A stretch of 64,000 nucleotides of DNA from Eledone cirrhosa. Lineage: Eukaryota. A program made the translations under genes and the position numbers. The notes under the pieces were generated by a model that did not search any database, was not told the DNA's origin, and saw only the letters and a program-made list of their open reading frames with translations. Of this stretch, positions 13,946 to 27,618 are shown in pieces (position 1 is the stretch's first letter; each line of letters begins with the position of its first letter). The stretch spans positions 243,102,001-243,166,000 of the forward strand of contig OZ024742.1 of the NCBI GenBank assembly GCA_964016885.1. The letters run 5' to 3'.

Positions 13946-14650
13946 GTGTCTAGGGTGTTTTAGTGCGGAGTTTTCTATATTTATTTGTTTTTATCAGTAA
14001 ATATAAACGGTGTAAGTCTATGTGGATTCGTGAAAGTGCCAAAACTTTAATTCATCTCCCATAATTATTTTCTCACTTGTATTAATAGCCTAATTACCAT
14101 TCTTACATACAAACCATATTAATCTTAATCCCCAAATCTCTGTTGTCCAAACTGACATGCGCACACACTCACACACATACTCACTCACACACATACGCAC
14201 CCACAAAGCACACACACACACACACGCATATACACTTCCACCCTAACGTTAACTGATAAAAACAAATGAAAATATATATAAAAAAGGTTTACGCAGGAAA
14301 AACTACTTGTTCCACTCCAGAAATAACCCAAAGAACCTCCAAGCAAGGCCCGGCACTTATAATAAAACATGACAGTTATTTTTCTCAACCCTTCGATAGT
14401 CTAAATATTCTCAACCCGGGATGGAACCGTTACCCAGTTAATGTAAGGTAATGAACATTCCAGTTGCCACACTTATATATTTAAAAGGCAATATATATAT
14501 AAAAGGCTTGCTGAACACACAAGTCGAAACCGCTTGGCACCGCGGTCGGGATTTTACGTCTCTCTCTCGCTCTCTCTCTCTCCCAAATATGCAGTGAACT
14601 GGAGTATATATATATATATTAAACTGTTTAGAACTACAAGTAACGTCACT

Positions 14651-15020
<370 letters not shown>

Positions 15021-15064
15021 TGGCTTCATTGGAAATTTAGACGCTGGTCTGAGACTTTTACTTC

Positions 15065-15099
15065 CCTCCGAAGAAGAGATATTATCTCGAAAATTAAGG
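15065..15099 (+). ncRNA. Minimal hammerhead motif with CCGAAGA (U4C) core
   Basis: cct-CCGAAGA-agagat att atctc-GAAA-a-TTA-agg, followed by AAATAAA. Confidence 0.55.
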
Positions 15100-15257
15100 A
15101 CATTTAAATAAATTCAAGGTGAAAGACGAATTCTCATCAATATCTCTCACTATTGCATTCTTTTTCTATGTCCATATCTGCATTGTCTTGGCCTTATTAC
15201 ACATATTCTAACGTTTATACCTCATTACACAATGCTTCAAGTGAACTATAACCTCCT

Positions 15258-15331
<74 letters not shown>

Positions 15332-15430
15332 ATGTGGTTGGCAGCTGAGAGAAAAGCATATTCAATACCGAAGTAGGGTTTAAATTAAGTCTTCCTTTAT
15401 TTATAGTGTCTGCTTTTGAAACGTTAGTTC

Positions 15431-15471
15431 TTGTCTGATGACCCTGTGATAAACAGGCGAAACTCCAGAGT
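15431..15471 (+). ncRNA. Hammerhead motif truncated at the cleavage site
   Basis: CTGATGA-ccctgt gataa acaggc-GAAAC-tccaga-GT, then runs directly into (GT)n/(TA)n. Confidence 0.6.
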
Positions 15472-15879
15472 GTGTGTGTGTATATATATATATATATACA
15501 CATACGGATATATATATATATATATCCTTGGTCCATGGTACAGTTAGGTATATTTAAAAAAGGGAAAAGTGACGTTACTTGTAGTTCTAAACAATTTAAT
15601 TTAATTTTATAATATTATAATTTTACAATTTGGCTTGGTAGATCTCGTAAGTTCTTTGTTAACTTCGGTGGAGGGATTTTTTAAAGATTCTTGGTTAACT
15701 TTCCTGGAGAACTTTCTCGCATTCGTCGGTTATAGTTATGGATTTCAATGAATTACTGGTGGTGGTACCCAAACATGCACTCGATGCGCAGGTAGACTAT
15801 ATATTAAGATAAATGATAAAGTTTCGTTTACACTCCGTCTCTTTCCAAACATAGCCTTCTCATAACCTACGTGACCTAT

Positions 15880-16290
15880 TGGATCACAACTCTTCATTTT
15901 TCTCCTATTCCACACCTGATGCCACCCTCAGATCCCACCTTTGATCTTGGTCCCATTGCCACACCTGTTTGTTCATCACAACCCTCAGAGGATCCAGTTG
16001 TCGTAAATTCTACATTACTAACTATTTTAGCAACCTCAAATAACTTGATCTACTGCCTTATATGTTCGTTGTTCAACGCCCTCAACATTGGCCAATACAC
16101 AAATCACTTCACCAAATACCTTCGTGACATTCGTCATGTAAACGATTCTCCTGTTTCTCGTCATTCTCCACCTGATTCTATACCAGAGCTTGCCTCATTC
16201 GAGATTAAGCTGCGAGCAGCAATTCATTTTTACTCTGAAAACTTCCCACCTTCTCGGACTAAATTCCCCATTTACTTCCCTTGATAATCT
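15880..16290 (+). pseudogene. Decayed Penelope-like GIY-YIG endonuclease fragment
   Basis: TSNNLIYCLICSL..ALNIGQ..KYLRDIRH..DSPVSRH resembles the Neptune-type C.S.NVIY.I.C..C...YIG....H...I...PV..H pattern. Confidence 0.65.
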
Positions 16291-16527
16291 ACATGCACAC
16301 GCTATATTTGCCTGCTACGTGGAGTTAGTATGTTCGATGGTATGTTCAAACGTATTTACTTGTACTTGTCTGTAAATGCCAGCATGTGTGTGATTGCGTC
16401 TATGCATGTTTACCGATACATTTATATAACTATGCACGGGGTGCGTGAGTTTGTGTCAGCACACCTGTCCTAGAGTTTAGTGTGTGTGCGTGTGTACATG
16501 TGTTTGCCTATGTACGCATATTTGCAA

Positions 16528-16569
<42 letters not shown>

Positions 16570-16710
16570 TGTGTGTGTGTGAGTGTGTGTGTGTGTGCCT
16601 GTGTGTGTGTGTGCGTTTAGTGGCCAGTTACTGTAGGTTCACCCGAGTGAGCACTCGATGCATAGTTTCCAGTCTGTTAAGGGGTATAGAACTGTCATTA
16701 CCACAGCAAA

Positions 16711-16795
16711 GGTCCGACGAGCTTTTGATTCCAGAGTCAGGCTAGATCGATACAGATTGAACCATGAGCTGATCAATAGCGAAACGCGTGTCACT
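16711..16795 (+). ncRNA. Hammerhead motif with CCGACGA core and long stem II
   Basis: ggt-CCGACGA-gct...agc-GAAAC-gcgt-GTC-act. Confidence 0.55.
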
Positions 16796-16839
16796 ACTCA
16801 AAAAACGTAATGAAGACATAACAAATCGTCCTTTTATTA

Positions 16840-17055
16840 TTGATTGGCAGTATCGGTAGAGGGTCGGACGCCATGCTTTGTAGCATAGAGTTATATCCCT
16901 TTATGGTCTGAGTTCAAATCCCGCCGGGGGGCTAACATTGCCTTTCATCCTTACGGGATCGATAAAATAAAGCACCAGTAACGTTCTGAGGTCGATTTAA
17001 TCGACTTTCCCCTCCCCTCAAATTACTGGCCGTGTGCCTATACTAGAAATCATAA
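16840..17055 (+). mobile_element. SINE family A copy
   Basis: Full A box, B box, core and tail. Confidence 0.85.
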
Positions 17056-17280
17056 TTATTATATATATAGCGTGAGCGTAGTTATGATTGTGTGTATACT
17101 TATTGAAGAATCTAACTGTATATGGGTGTGTTTTACTGTATGTGCACACTAACCCCCCCGTCTTCATACTTACCTCACCTAACACCACGCTTATCCCACC
17201 TCCTTTACAAACATCAAGATATAAAAACAAGCCCAAGCGTATTTATATTTTCTCTTCGTTTTCTTTTCCTGTTACTTCGC

Positions 17281-17339
<59 letters not shown>

Positions 17340-17340
<1 letters not shown>

Positions 17341-17394
17341 CTATGATCATTTCAATGACCTGGTTCCGTATGAATCCGGTGATATCATCAGGTG
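17340..17394 (-). ncRNA. Hammerhead motif abutting (TA)n
   Basis: Reverse complement cac-CTGATGA-...-GAAA-tgatc-ATA-gt; stem III palindrome ATGATCAT; element ends about 2 nt after the cleavage site. Confidence 0.6.
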
Positions 17395-17503
17395 TTCGAA
17401 ATATAATAAGCGAATGTAATAGATAAAATCCAAGGGGCTGAAAATCAAAGACCGGAGGACGACCGCCATCCAGCATCTTCCACCTTTGCCGGTCGCCCTC
17501 AAG

Positions 17504-17557
<54 letters not shown>

Positions 17558-17560
<3 letters not shown>

Positions 17561-17780
17561 CTTAAAAATGGAATGAGAATAAGAAGAAAACAAGAACGGG
17601 GGGAAGGGGGAGTTTTCCTCATCAGTTGTCTACTGGGGGTCTCGGATATTTCAACGGGGGTAGATATATTGTCTTTAAAAACCGTTGAAATATCCGAGAC
17701 CCCCAGTAGACAACTGATGAGGACCCCCCCCCCCCCTCCGTTCTTGCTTTCTTCTTATTCTCATTCCATTTTTAAGCCTA
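17558..17780. repeat. ~105-bp inverted repeat (hairpin) element between (TA)n runs
   Basis: 17558-17657 vs 17682-17780 are reverse complements; both arms contain CTGATGA. Confidence 0.85.
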
Positions 17781-17854
17781 ATTTAACTAGCAACTACACA
17801 GCCAATCCTACTCCCCATATATATATATATATATATCAGCACTGTGTTTATTAA

Positions 17855-17899
17855 GCTCTGAGGAATCCTACCAAACGGTATGGATGAAACATTGTAAGC
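17855..17899 (+). ncRNA. Type I hammerhead ribozyme motif
   Basis: gct-CTGAGGA-atcc taccaaacggta tggat-GAAAC-att-GTA-agc, then AATAAA. Confidence 0.8.
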
Positions 17900-18754
17900 A
17901 AATAAAAACGGTTTGAGTATGTAAGCGTTCTTTGGTTTCTTTTACATATATATATGTTTATCCCGGGTTCAATCGGGGGTAACCACAGTAAGTAAGGTAC
18001 TCAATACTTAGCAGAGTATAAATATTTAATATAGAAATGGCTTCTACAGGACTAGAACTGTTTCATTCGGAGGAAATCATATATATAGTATATTATATAT
18101 AAAAATGAAATCTTCAGAAATAAAACAGCCCTAGTCCTGTATAAGTCATTTCTATATATAATACCAATGTATTGTGTATCTTTTTAATTATGGTTACCCC
18201 CAGACACAACCATATATATGGGGATGGAAATCCCTGATACTGGACGGACATAAAAATAACTTTCGGCAGGATAAATACGCGGAAACAAAAACATCGATAA
18301 ACCCCTATTTTCCTGCACCAAATGCATTTGAACAGAAGCCCCCTCAATTCAATCTATATATGGACAAATTGACAATCATATTAATCATGTATCTCCTATC
18401 TCATTTTGCATATATGTACTGTATGTGTTTTTTGTATTTATTGGATATTTTTTGTGTGTTTTTTCTTTTGTCTACTTTATATCTGTGTTTTGGGGGGGTT
18501 TTTTGTTTTGTTCCATGTGATGGAAATTCTAACTATGTACCCGCCTAACTGCTCCCTTTCATACTGTAATTTACCCTCCGTTCTACTGTACGGTACTATC
18601 GTTCAGTATGTAGATAAAATATCAGTAACATTAATACCCCTTTCAAAACTTCTTACTTAAACATCTCCCTACGTAGTAGATAGTATAGGTGCATATATTT
18701 TTTACTCACTTCAATCTATATTTTTTTACTCACCTCAATCTAGATTCTCACTTG

Positions 18755-18910
18755 TAAATTTTTTAATTTTTTTTTAATTTTTAATTTTTAATTTTTAATT
18801 TTTAATTTTTAATTTTTAATTTTTAATTTTTAATTTTTAATTTTTAATATTTAATTTTTAATATTTGATTTTTAATTTTTAATTTTCGATTTTTAATTTT
18901 TAATATTTAG
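18755..18910. repeat. (TTTTTAA)n minisatellite
   Basis: Directly visible. Confidence 0.9.
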
Positions 18911-19299
18911 TTCTAATTCCCAACTCCCATTCATAACTTCCACTGTGAAACCATGATACCTAGAATTAAATATATTTTCTCTTATAGGTTGATGGTCAAT
19001 TATACTGTCCATGCTTAATGAGGGGTAGTATTGAGACCTATTGATACTCACACTCTCCCATCCCCACTGGCTTTCGACTGACTGCCACTGACGGTGTGGA
19101 CGGGGTGGCTAGCAGTAAGCTATATATAACAGGCCTGAATGGGTTATTGTTTGGTTGAGAGGGGGAACTGACTAGGCGAGTTTCGTTGAAATCTGCGATA
19201 GCTAATGGTCAACTTCCTTCGGACCTGCGCCTGCGCAGACCGGTGGGGGTGAATTGGTACTCACAGGGGAACGGATGAAGAACCCAAGAGCACACACTT

Positions 19300-19807
<508 letters not shown>

Positions 19808-19900
19808 AAAAGAGTCAGGAGCCACGCTATTAACCTAAGTATCGAGTACTCTGGTGCGTTTTAGTGCACCTGGTATCTTACCACACTTTCTTTGTTATAT

Positions 19901-19968
<68 letters not shown>

Positions 19969-19991
19969 GTGTATATATATATATATATACT

Positions 19992-20736
<745 letters not shown>

Positions 20737-21000
20737 TATATATATACACACACACACACACTCACATATATATGTATATATATTGTATGACTATATATAT
20801 ATATATATATGTATGTATGTACACCTGTATGTTTGTGTGCGTATATATACGCATATGTTTGCATAGATATATATAATTACATATACGCAATATTCGTGGA
20901 TATAGATATCTGTATATGCTTCATGCTAAATATATTTCATACATAACTCTGTGTGTCCATGTATATAAGTGTGTGTGTGTGTGTGTGGGTATGTATATAG

Positions 21001-21036
<36 letters not shown>

Positions 21037-21489
21037 AAATACTTCGTTTACAATTATACACATACCCACGCATGTTCATAACAAATGTCGCCCTCTCCTC
21101 CTATTTATATTAAAGCTATGGCAGCTCGTCTCGAGCAATTATCGGAGGGAACATATAGAGCTTACTTGTTAAATCATTAAAACTAAATAAAATCTACATA
21201 TATATATATATATTTCAGTGTACGTATACACCCAAAGACACACTTCCTAATTCACACCTCCAAACACACACTCACGCACACTCGAATACACTTACATACA
21301 TGTGCACATTATAGGTGCAGAAACTGACTCAAATATCCACACTCATACACCTATATTTAACATTCGGACATCAGAGTAATGCCGACCTATGCGAAATTTA
21401 CTCAATATTCAGTTCCTGCTAAAAAACATAAACTTAACAAGATATTATAACTTCCATAGATATGCCTGTTCCATAAAAAAAAAATACTT

Positions 21490-21860
21490 AAATAGTGAGT
21501 GCGTTCGATAAACATATACATATACACTAGGTCTGAACACAAGAGAACCAAACTCCCACTGTCTTTCCCGTTCGTCCCATCTCTCATTATTGTGAGAAAA
21601 TGGGGGCCCATACGCTGGCCGCCCCGTGGCTCCAGCGGACAGAAGAAAGGTGTTTCCCAGAGGATGGAGAGGGAAACGCGCTAGAAGAGCCATTCCAGCT
21701 CTCAAGGCTCACACATGCGGGTATCCAACTCTGTGCCGATGGTGGTTAACAGGGAGGTGGGCCTCAGGTCAAGGACACCAGAAGTCTCCATTGCCACGGG
21801 CTTGACCGCAAACCTGTCGGGGAGCGACCGCTGTGTAAGAAAGTATGAAATCGCTACCAA
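21490..21860 (-). mobile_element. 3' fragment of a CRE-like RLE non-LTR retrotransposon
   Basis: Translates PVAMETSGVL..IG..ELEWLF*RVSLSIL, resembling the CRE C-terminal P.A.ET.G..G..A..QR.S.AIQRGN pattern. Confidence 0.65.
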
Positions 21861-22319
21861 AAAATTCTATATAAAACATATTCCTATAAAATCATGCAAA
21901 AGCCCTCTTTACTAAGTTCACAAAATATATAATAAACAAATAAAAAAATAAATATCCTGTATCTTAGCACTGGTTTTACTTGGCAGTAAGAAGAGATTTT
22001 AACAATGGGCAAAGTATGTGTGGAATTTATAGGTGTGTGTATATAGATAATAGAATAAATAAACTATTTAAACTAATAGAACATATACACCATATAAACA
22101 GGATATCTTCTATAAACTATCAGAATAAAATACATCTGAGTCTGGCAGCATGAAGAGACTTAGTATATATTTATATTTTCAGATGGAAATATTTCCAAGG
22201 AGGAAGCCTTCTACATGAGGGATGTGCATTCAAATACAATCTATTTAATGGGGTAAGGAAAGAAAGCCCTTCGGAGGAAAACGTTTCTTTTTCTTTTTTC
22301 TTTTTTTTCCTTCCTTCTA

Positions 22320-22610
22320 GGGTTCTTCCGAAGGATCCTTGGAGTAATGATACCCGATAGAGTGAGTGGCTCGGTGATCAGAGAGTCGTCCCACGTAGAG
22401 CCGCTAATTTTCCGTATTGAAAGATCACAGCTCCGATATTATGGGCATATGGTTAAAATGTCTAAGGAAAGAATCACTGGACAGATTTTACATGCAAAAC
22501 CAAACCCCGAGCAAGATGGTCGGATAACATCTATGGACCCGCTTAGGGATCTAGCTAGATCAATTGGAGAAGGTTGCTTCTGACAGAGCCAGCTTGAGGA
22601 CTCTACCCTC
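22320..22610 (+). mobile_element. RTE-clade LINE 3' fragment
   Basis: FRRILGV..DRV....IRE...VEPL..RIERSQLRYYGHMVKM. Confidence 0.75.
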
Positions 22611-22949
22611 TTAAGAAGATTTTAATCAATTGAATTTTTAAATGTTATTTAAATATAAATACAGGTGGAAAATTGATTTTGTCAAAAGCAAGGGAGGTAG
22701 CACCCAAATCCGATTAACAATTGAATGTGGGTATATGCGGTGACAATTCTGCATAAAGTTACGTTTTAATGGACCTCTTTAGTAAAGCATTGCCCAACTG
22801 ATACTTACCAGTCATTAGAATAACTGAGAAAATATGAGACTCGGTTGTGGGGGAAATAAATAAAAACATTTGGTCATTTGACGATTGGATATAACGCCGG
22901 AAATTTTGTAAGGGCTATTTTCGTATGGAGAATATATACTTAAGTGGGG

Positions 22950-23270
22950 AATGAGCATCGGGCTTACAATCGTGAGGTTGTAAGTTCGATTCTCAGACCG
23001 GGATTTGCATCGTGTTCTTCAGTAAGACATTTTATTTTACATTGCTCCAGTTCACTCAGCTGTAGAAATGAGTTGCGACGTCACTGGTGCCAAGCTGTAT
23101 CGGCCATTCCCTTTCCCTTTGGCAACATAGGTGGCATGGAGAAGGGAGGTGGTATGCATGAGCGACTACTGGTCTTCGAGAAACAAACTTGCCCGGACTT
23201 GTGCCTTGGAAGGGAACTTTCTAGGTGCAAATCCCATGGTCTATCGTGACCGAAGCCGGGTCATTATCCC
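22950..23270 (+). mobile_element. tRNA/CORE-like SINE family C; related copy at 45843-46110 (-)
   Basis: B box GTTCGATTC, CORE-like GTGTTCTT..AAGACA.TTTA..TTGCTCCAGT.ACTCAGCTGTAGAA, tail GGAACTTTC.AGGTGCAA..CATGACCGAAG. Confidence 0.7.
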
Positions 23271-23701
23271 CTTACATATTAACGTAGTAAGCTCCCAGGG
23301 TTCTTTTTTTAATCAATTTAACTTAACCCTGTTAAGCACAAAAACATTATAAACATTGACGGAATTCTTTCCAAAGACGAAGGAGCCAACCCTGTAATTC
23401 AAATTGATTAAAAATTGAATGGAACACATAGTGCGAAAGGAGTCAGATATTTAGCAGATATGGTAACAAAGTCGGATATGTTTTGGTTTTAATGGACTTA
23501 CTCGTTCGTACAAGCCAGGTCTTAAATTGTTTCTCAGATTATATAGCAGTGGAGAGTAATTTACATGATGGTTGACTAACAACCACACGTGGTTTCTCAC
23601 CTATCTTCTTTCATCTAGCTTTCTTACTTTTCTTACTCTCCTTTATCTTCCTTTTCTCTTCTCTCTCCCAAACAGCCCCCCTCTCTCTCTCTCTCTCTCT
23701 C

Positions 23702-23766
<65 letters not shown>

Positions 23767-23923
23767 CTATCTTCCGATGCAGGATTAGGGTTCAAAGAAT
23801 TAAAACTCATTTCCGTCCATATCAATCGTTAGACCTATATACCATCATAGTATTGTATTGTTCTCCTGTGATATTTTTCTATGTTGACTCTTTATATATA
23901 TATAGTATATATAAAGAGTCAAC

Positions 23924-23983
<60 letters not shown>

Positions 23984-24170
23984 GTGTGCATGTGTGAATG
24001 TGTGTATGTGTGTATTATGTATGTATGTATGTATGTACGTACGTATGTATGCATGTATGTATGTATGGATGTATGCATATATGTATGTTTGCCCAGGTCT
24101 GACGTAGGTATATTTCAATTATCGTAACTATTAGACCCAAAATTGTTTTCAAAACCAAATTACTTGTTAT

Positions 24171-24355
24171 TGGATTGGCAGTATCGGTAGCAGGTCGGAC
24201 GCCATGCTTTGCAGCAAAGAGTTACGGCCCTTTATGGTCTGAGTTCAAATCCCGCCGAGGTTGACTTTGCCTTTTATCCTTACGGGGTCGATGAAATAAA
24301 GTACCAGTAATGCACTGAGATAATTGCTGGCCTTGTGCCAAAAGTAGAAATAATT
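24171..24355 (+). mobile_element. SINE family A copy (short variant)
   Basis: A/B boxes and core. Confidence 0.85.
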
Positions 24356-24546
24356 ATTTTGTTTATTCCTTCCCGCGCGGGTTTTATACATTCACTTGCC
24401 AGACTGTTACCTGTAATCTGGGACAAGTTAAGGTAAGTGCGGGAATAGTTGATCCCAGCTACCTGCATAGTGAGTGCCGTAACAGTACAATATTTACACG
24501 GCGAAATGCATGCTTTGTACATATAACGTGGTGCTGAATAGCATTG

Positions 24547-25017
24547 CGTATATGCCGGCGTACAAGTCGACATTTGGAGCCTAACAATATCTCTCCAAAA
24601 CCAGGGGTCGACTTTTTCGCCGAATGTAAAATGTGAACCTTTTCGACTGAGGGGTAAACAGTGAAACTGCCTGCCTAACACTCATTGTGCACCTCTTACC
24701 ATAACTCTAGCAGTCCGCCACAATTATTTCCTACTGAATCTCATATTTGTTAAGTCTATTTAAACGCAGAGATTATAATATAAATGACTTGCCGTAGCTC
24801 ATAGGTTAGGTTACCATAGGTTCGTTAAGGTTAGGTTGGTTTACTCAGTCAGTTAGAACTCACTTGCGACTGAAGTGCTTTAGAAGAAGTGCCTTAGCCT
24901 TTAGTGTGTCACTAAATGTTTTTAAATCATTTCCTCTGCAAGGCCGAAATCAGAATTACATCTCAGAGTTTCAGGGGTCGATATATGCGCCAGATCGACT
25001 GTACGCCGGCATATACG
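24547..25017. mobile_element. Tc1/mariner-superfamily (pogo/Tc2-like) MITE
   Basis: 17-bp TIR CGTATATGCCGGCGTAC / GTACGCCGGCATATACG. Confidence 0.7.
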
Positions 25018-25049
25018 AAGTGTATTATTATTGGTGTTGTAAGAAACAG

Positions 25050-25310
25050 TCTAAAGTCTGTCTTAAGCCAGAAGGCTCGTTAGGCTGGTGCTTGTCCCGG
25101 TTTTCTGGTGTGAAGTGACTGAGAATACAAGACTCCCTGCCCCGTGGACAGGACGCCAGTCTATCGCAGGTTTAAACTCCCAGCTATTGCTGGTACTCAT
25201 TTTCAGTTGAGTATACTGGAGCAACGTGAACACAACACGAAACCCAGCCCAGGAATAGAACCCACGACATTATTATCGTAAGTCCAACCTCCTTACCACT
25301 AGGCCACGCA
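25050..25310 (-). mobile_element. SINE family B (tRNA head + CORE-like + V-like domain)
   Basis: Near-identical to 45207-45488 (+) and 59178-59459 (-); CCTGCGAT.GACTGGCGTCCTGTCCA and AGACTTT tail. Confidence 0.85.
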
Positions 25311-26035
25311 GTACAACGTGGAATTTAGTATTATCATACTAGTAATATAGAAATGATGTTTTTATTGCAGACAGTTTAGATTAAGATGGTAGCATATTTT
25401 ATACCTTGTGCGTCTTCAAAACTCAACACTTGAACCAGTTAAACTATATCTGAAGTAGCAACACTGGAATCTTGGTGGAAACTATGATTTAATATTAACG
25501 GTTGATGCTGTATTTGAAGGTGGAAAAAGAAACCTATCTACTTGAATCGTTTATTTAGGCGAAATAAACGAAAAAAACTCAAGTTCTATAGTTACATCTG
25601 TGAGGTTTTATTATTTTATTAGCTGCAAGCAAAGGAAACATTTTTATTAGTATCAACACTTCTCTCGAAATGCCATTAAAAAAGATGTTTGCTGTATTAA
25701 AGTAAATGTGTATCCTGTCACTTTTCCTGCTGATAAACAGCGCAAGTATTAGCAAGAAACAGTAAGAGAGGTTGTATTGATAGTAAGTACCAACATTAGG
25801 AATATCCTCATAAATACTCTTTTAACACTACTGTTATCAATATATCTACAACTAGTTGATTGGTTTTAGCTGTCGTTAGAACGTTGAACAGAAGCTGTTA
25901 CGATATTTGTTCCTGCTTTCTGCGCTGTGTGTTCAAATCGCGCCGTCGTCTAGTTTGCTTTTCACCCCTTTTGAGTCAATAAATCTACCAGGCCATTTAT
26001 GGTGCAGCCTTCTTTCCCTCAAGCTGTCACCTCCC

Positions 26036-26236
26036 CAGACCTGTCAACTCTCCCCATCGGTAAGGGAGATCTCCCATCCGCTTTGGGGTGGGTGGGAGAT
26101 GTCTTCTCTTGTGAAAATGGATATAGCTTTCATATGTAAAATCGCCCCATTTTGCCTCATTTCTCCCCGTTTTTTTTTTGTTTTTTTTTTATTTCATGAT
26201 ACTCCCCGATTGGGTTTTTAGAGGTTGGCAGGTCTG
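26036..26236. mobile_element. DNA-transposon MITE with 6-bp TSD (copy 1)
   Basis: TIR CAGACCTGTCAAC / GTTGGCAGGTCTG; TSD cctccc / catccc. Confidence 0.75.
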
Positions 26237-26410
26237 CATCCCTGTATACAATAACACTTAACATCGTCACATTCTACTACATACTGTTAAATTACATTAA
26301 AAGTAACCGAACAAATCGAGTACCAACGTACTGACTCGAACTGCTAGAAAAAGCAATGAAATCTCTCTCAAAACTTGTCCCGCCGTCTTTCAAAAGGAAG
26401 AACGCATAAA

Positions 26411-26790
26411 ATAATTGTTTCTAGTTTTGGCACAAGGCCAGTAATTACCCAGTACATTACTGGTACTTTATTTTATCGACCCGGTAAGGATGAAAGGCAA
26501 AGTTAACCTCGGCGGGATTTGAACTCAGAATGGCGTAACTATATACGTCAAAGCATGGCGTCCGACCCTCTACCGACACTGCCAATCCACCGCCCTAAAA
26601 TAATTGTTTCTACTTTAGGCACAAGGCCAGCAATTACCCAGTGCATTACTGGTACTTTATTTTATCGACCCCGTAAGGATGAAAGGCAAAGTCAACCTCG
26701 GCGGGATTTGAACTCAGATCGTAAAGGGACGTAACTATGCTGGAAAGCATGGCGTCCGACCCTCTACCGACACTGCCAATCCACCGCCCT
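26411..26790 (-). mobile_element. Two tandem SINE family A copies
   Basis: 26411-26596 and 26600-26790, each bounded by taaaataat. Confidence 0.85.
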
Positions 26791-27443
26791 AAAATAATGT
26801 AGTCTTATATACACCACGTTTACATTTTTTTTTATATTCCAAGATAGAACGTTTCACTGTGATCTAAGCTAAAATTCCACCGGGTTCAAATTTTTCAAAT
26901 AAAATAAAGTATAAATCTATGAGAATGGACTGGCGAAATGGACCTTCGGATACAATACCTTGCGGTATTTATTCTGGCATTTTGTATTTTGAGTTCATAT
27001 TCCGCCATAGTCTACTTAGGTGGTTGACTTAATGTTATAGTCGCTACACTCCTCCTGATTAAACAATACATAAAAGATCTGCTTCGGCAAAGTTGACCTG
27101 GGGCTAAATAACAGCAGCATCGACAACAACAACCCCAGTAGTAGTAGCAGCAGTAACAACAAAAATAGCACCAGCGTTACGTTAATATACTTTATTATCT
27201 AGATGAAATACTGTTAAAAAGTATATATATATGAAATATATTATAATTAATCATGTAGAATAACGATAACAGAGTCTATAAACGAACTAATTACTGGTAC
27301 TTATTAAAATTAATTAATATAAAAAGCAACATCCCGTAAAGATAGGTGACAAGCTTTCTATATCATAAGGCATCTTGATGTTCGGATATGAATTAATATT
27401 TCCCTATTTATGATTCGAATCGGGACGGGGTAGTTTAACTACC

Positions 27444-27618
27444 CAGACCTGTCAACGATCCTCGTCCGGTGGGGAGATTTCCCACCCACTTTTGGGTGGG
27501 TGAGAGATGTCTGCTCTTGTGAAAATTAGTATAGCTTTCATTATGTAAAATCTCCCCGTTTGGGGGCACGTTTTTTCATGGTACTTCTCGTTTGGGTTTT
27601 TAGGAGTTGGCAGGTCTG
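27444..27618. mobile_element. DNA-transposon MITE with 6-bp TSD (copy 2)
   Basis: Same TIR as 26036; perfect TSD actacc. Confidence 0.8.

Noticed and set aside
18174-18548. 124-aa ORF with YLFNYGYP, possibly a PLE thumb remnant
   Set aside because: A single short motif in AT-rich sequence; not enough to call.
24803-24840. GGTTA/TTAGG telomere-like repeats
   Set aside because: Only a few degenerate units inside a MITE.
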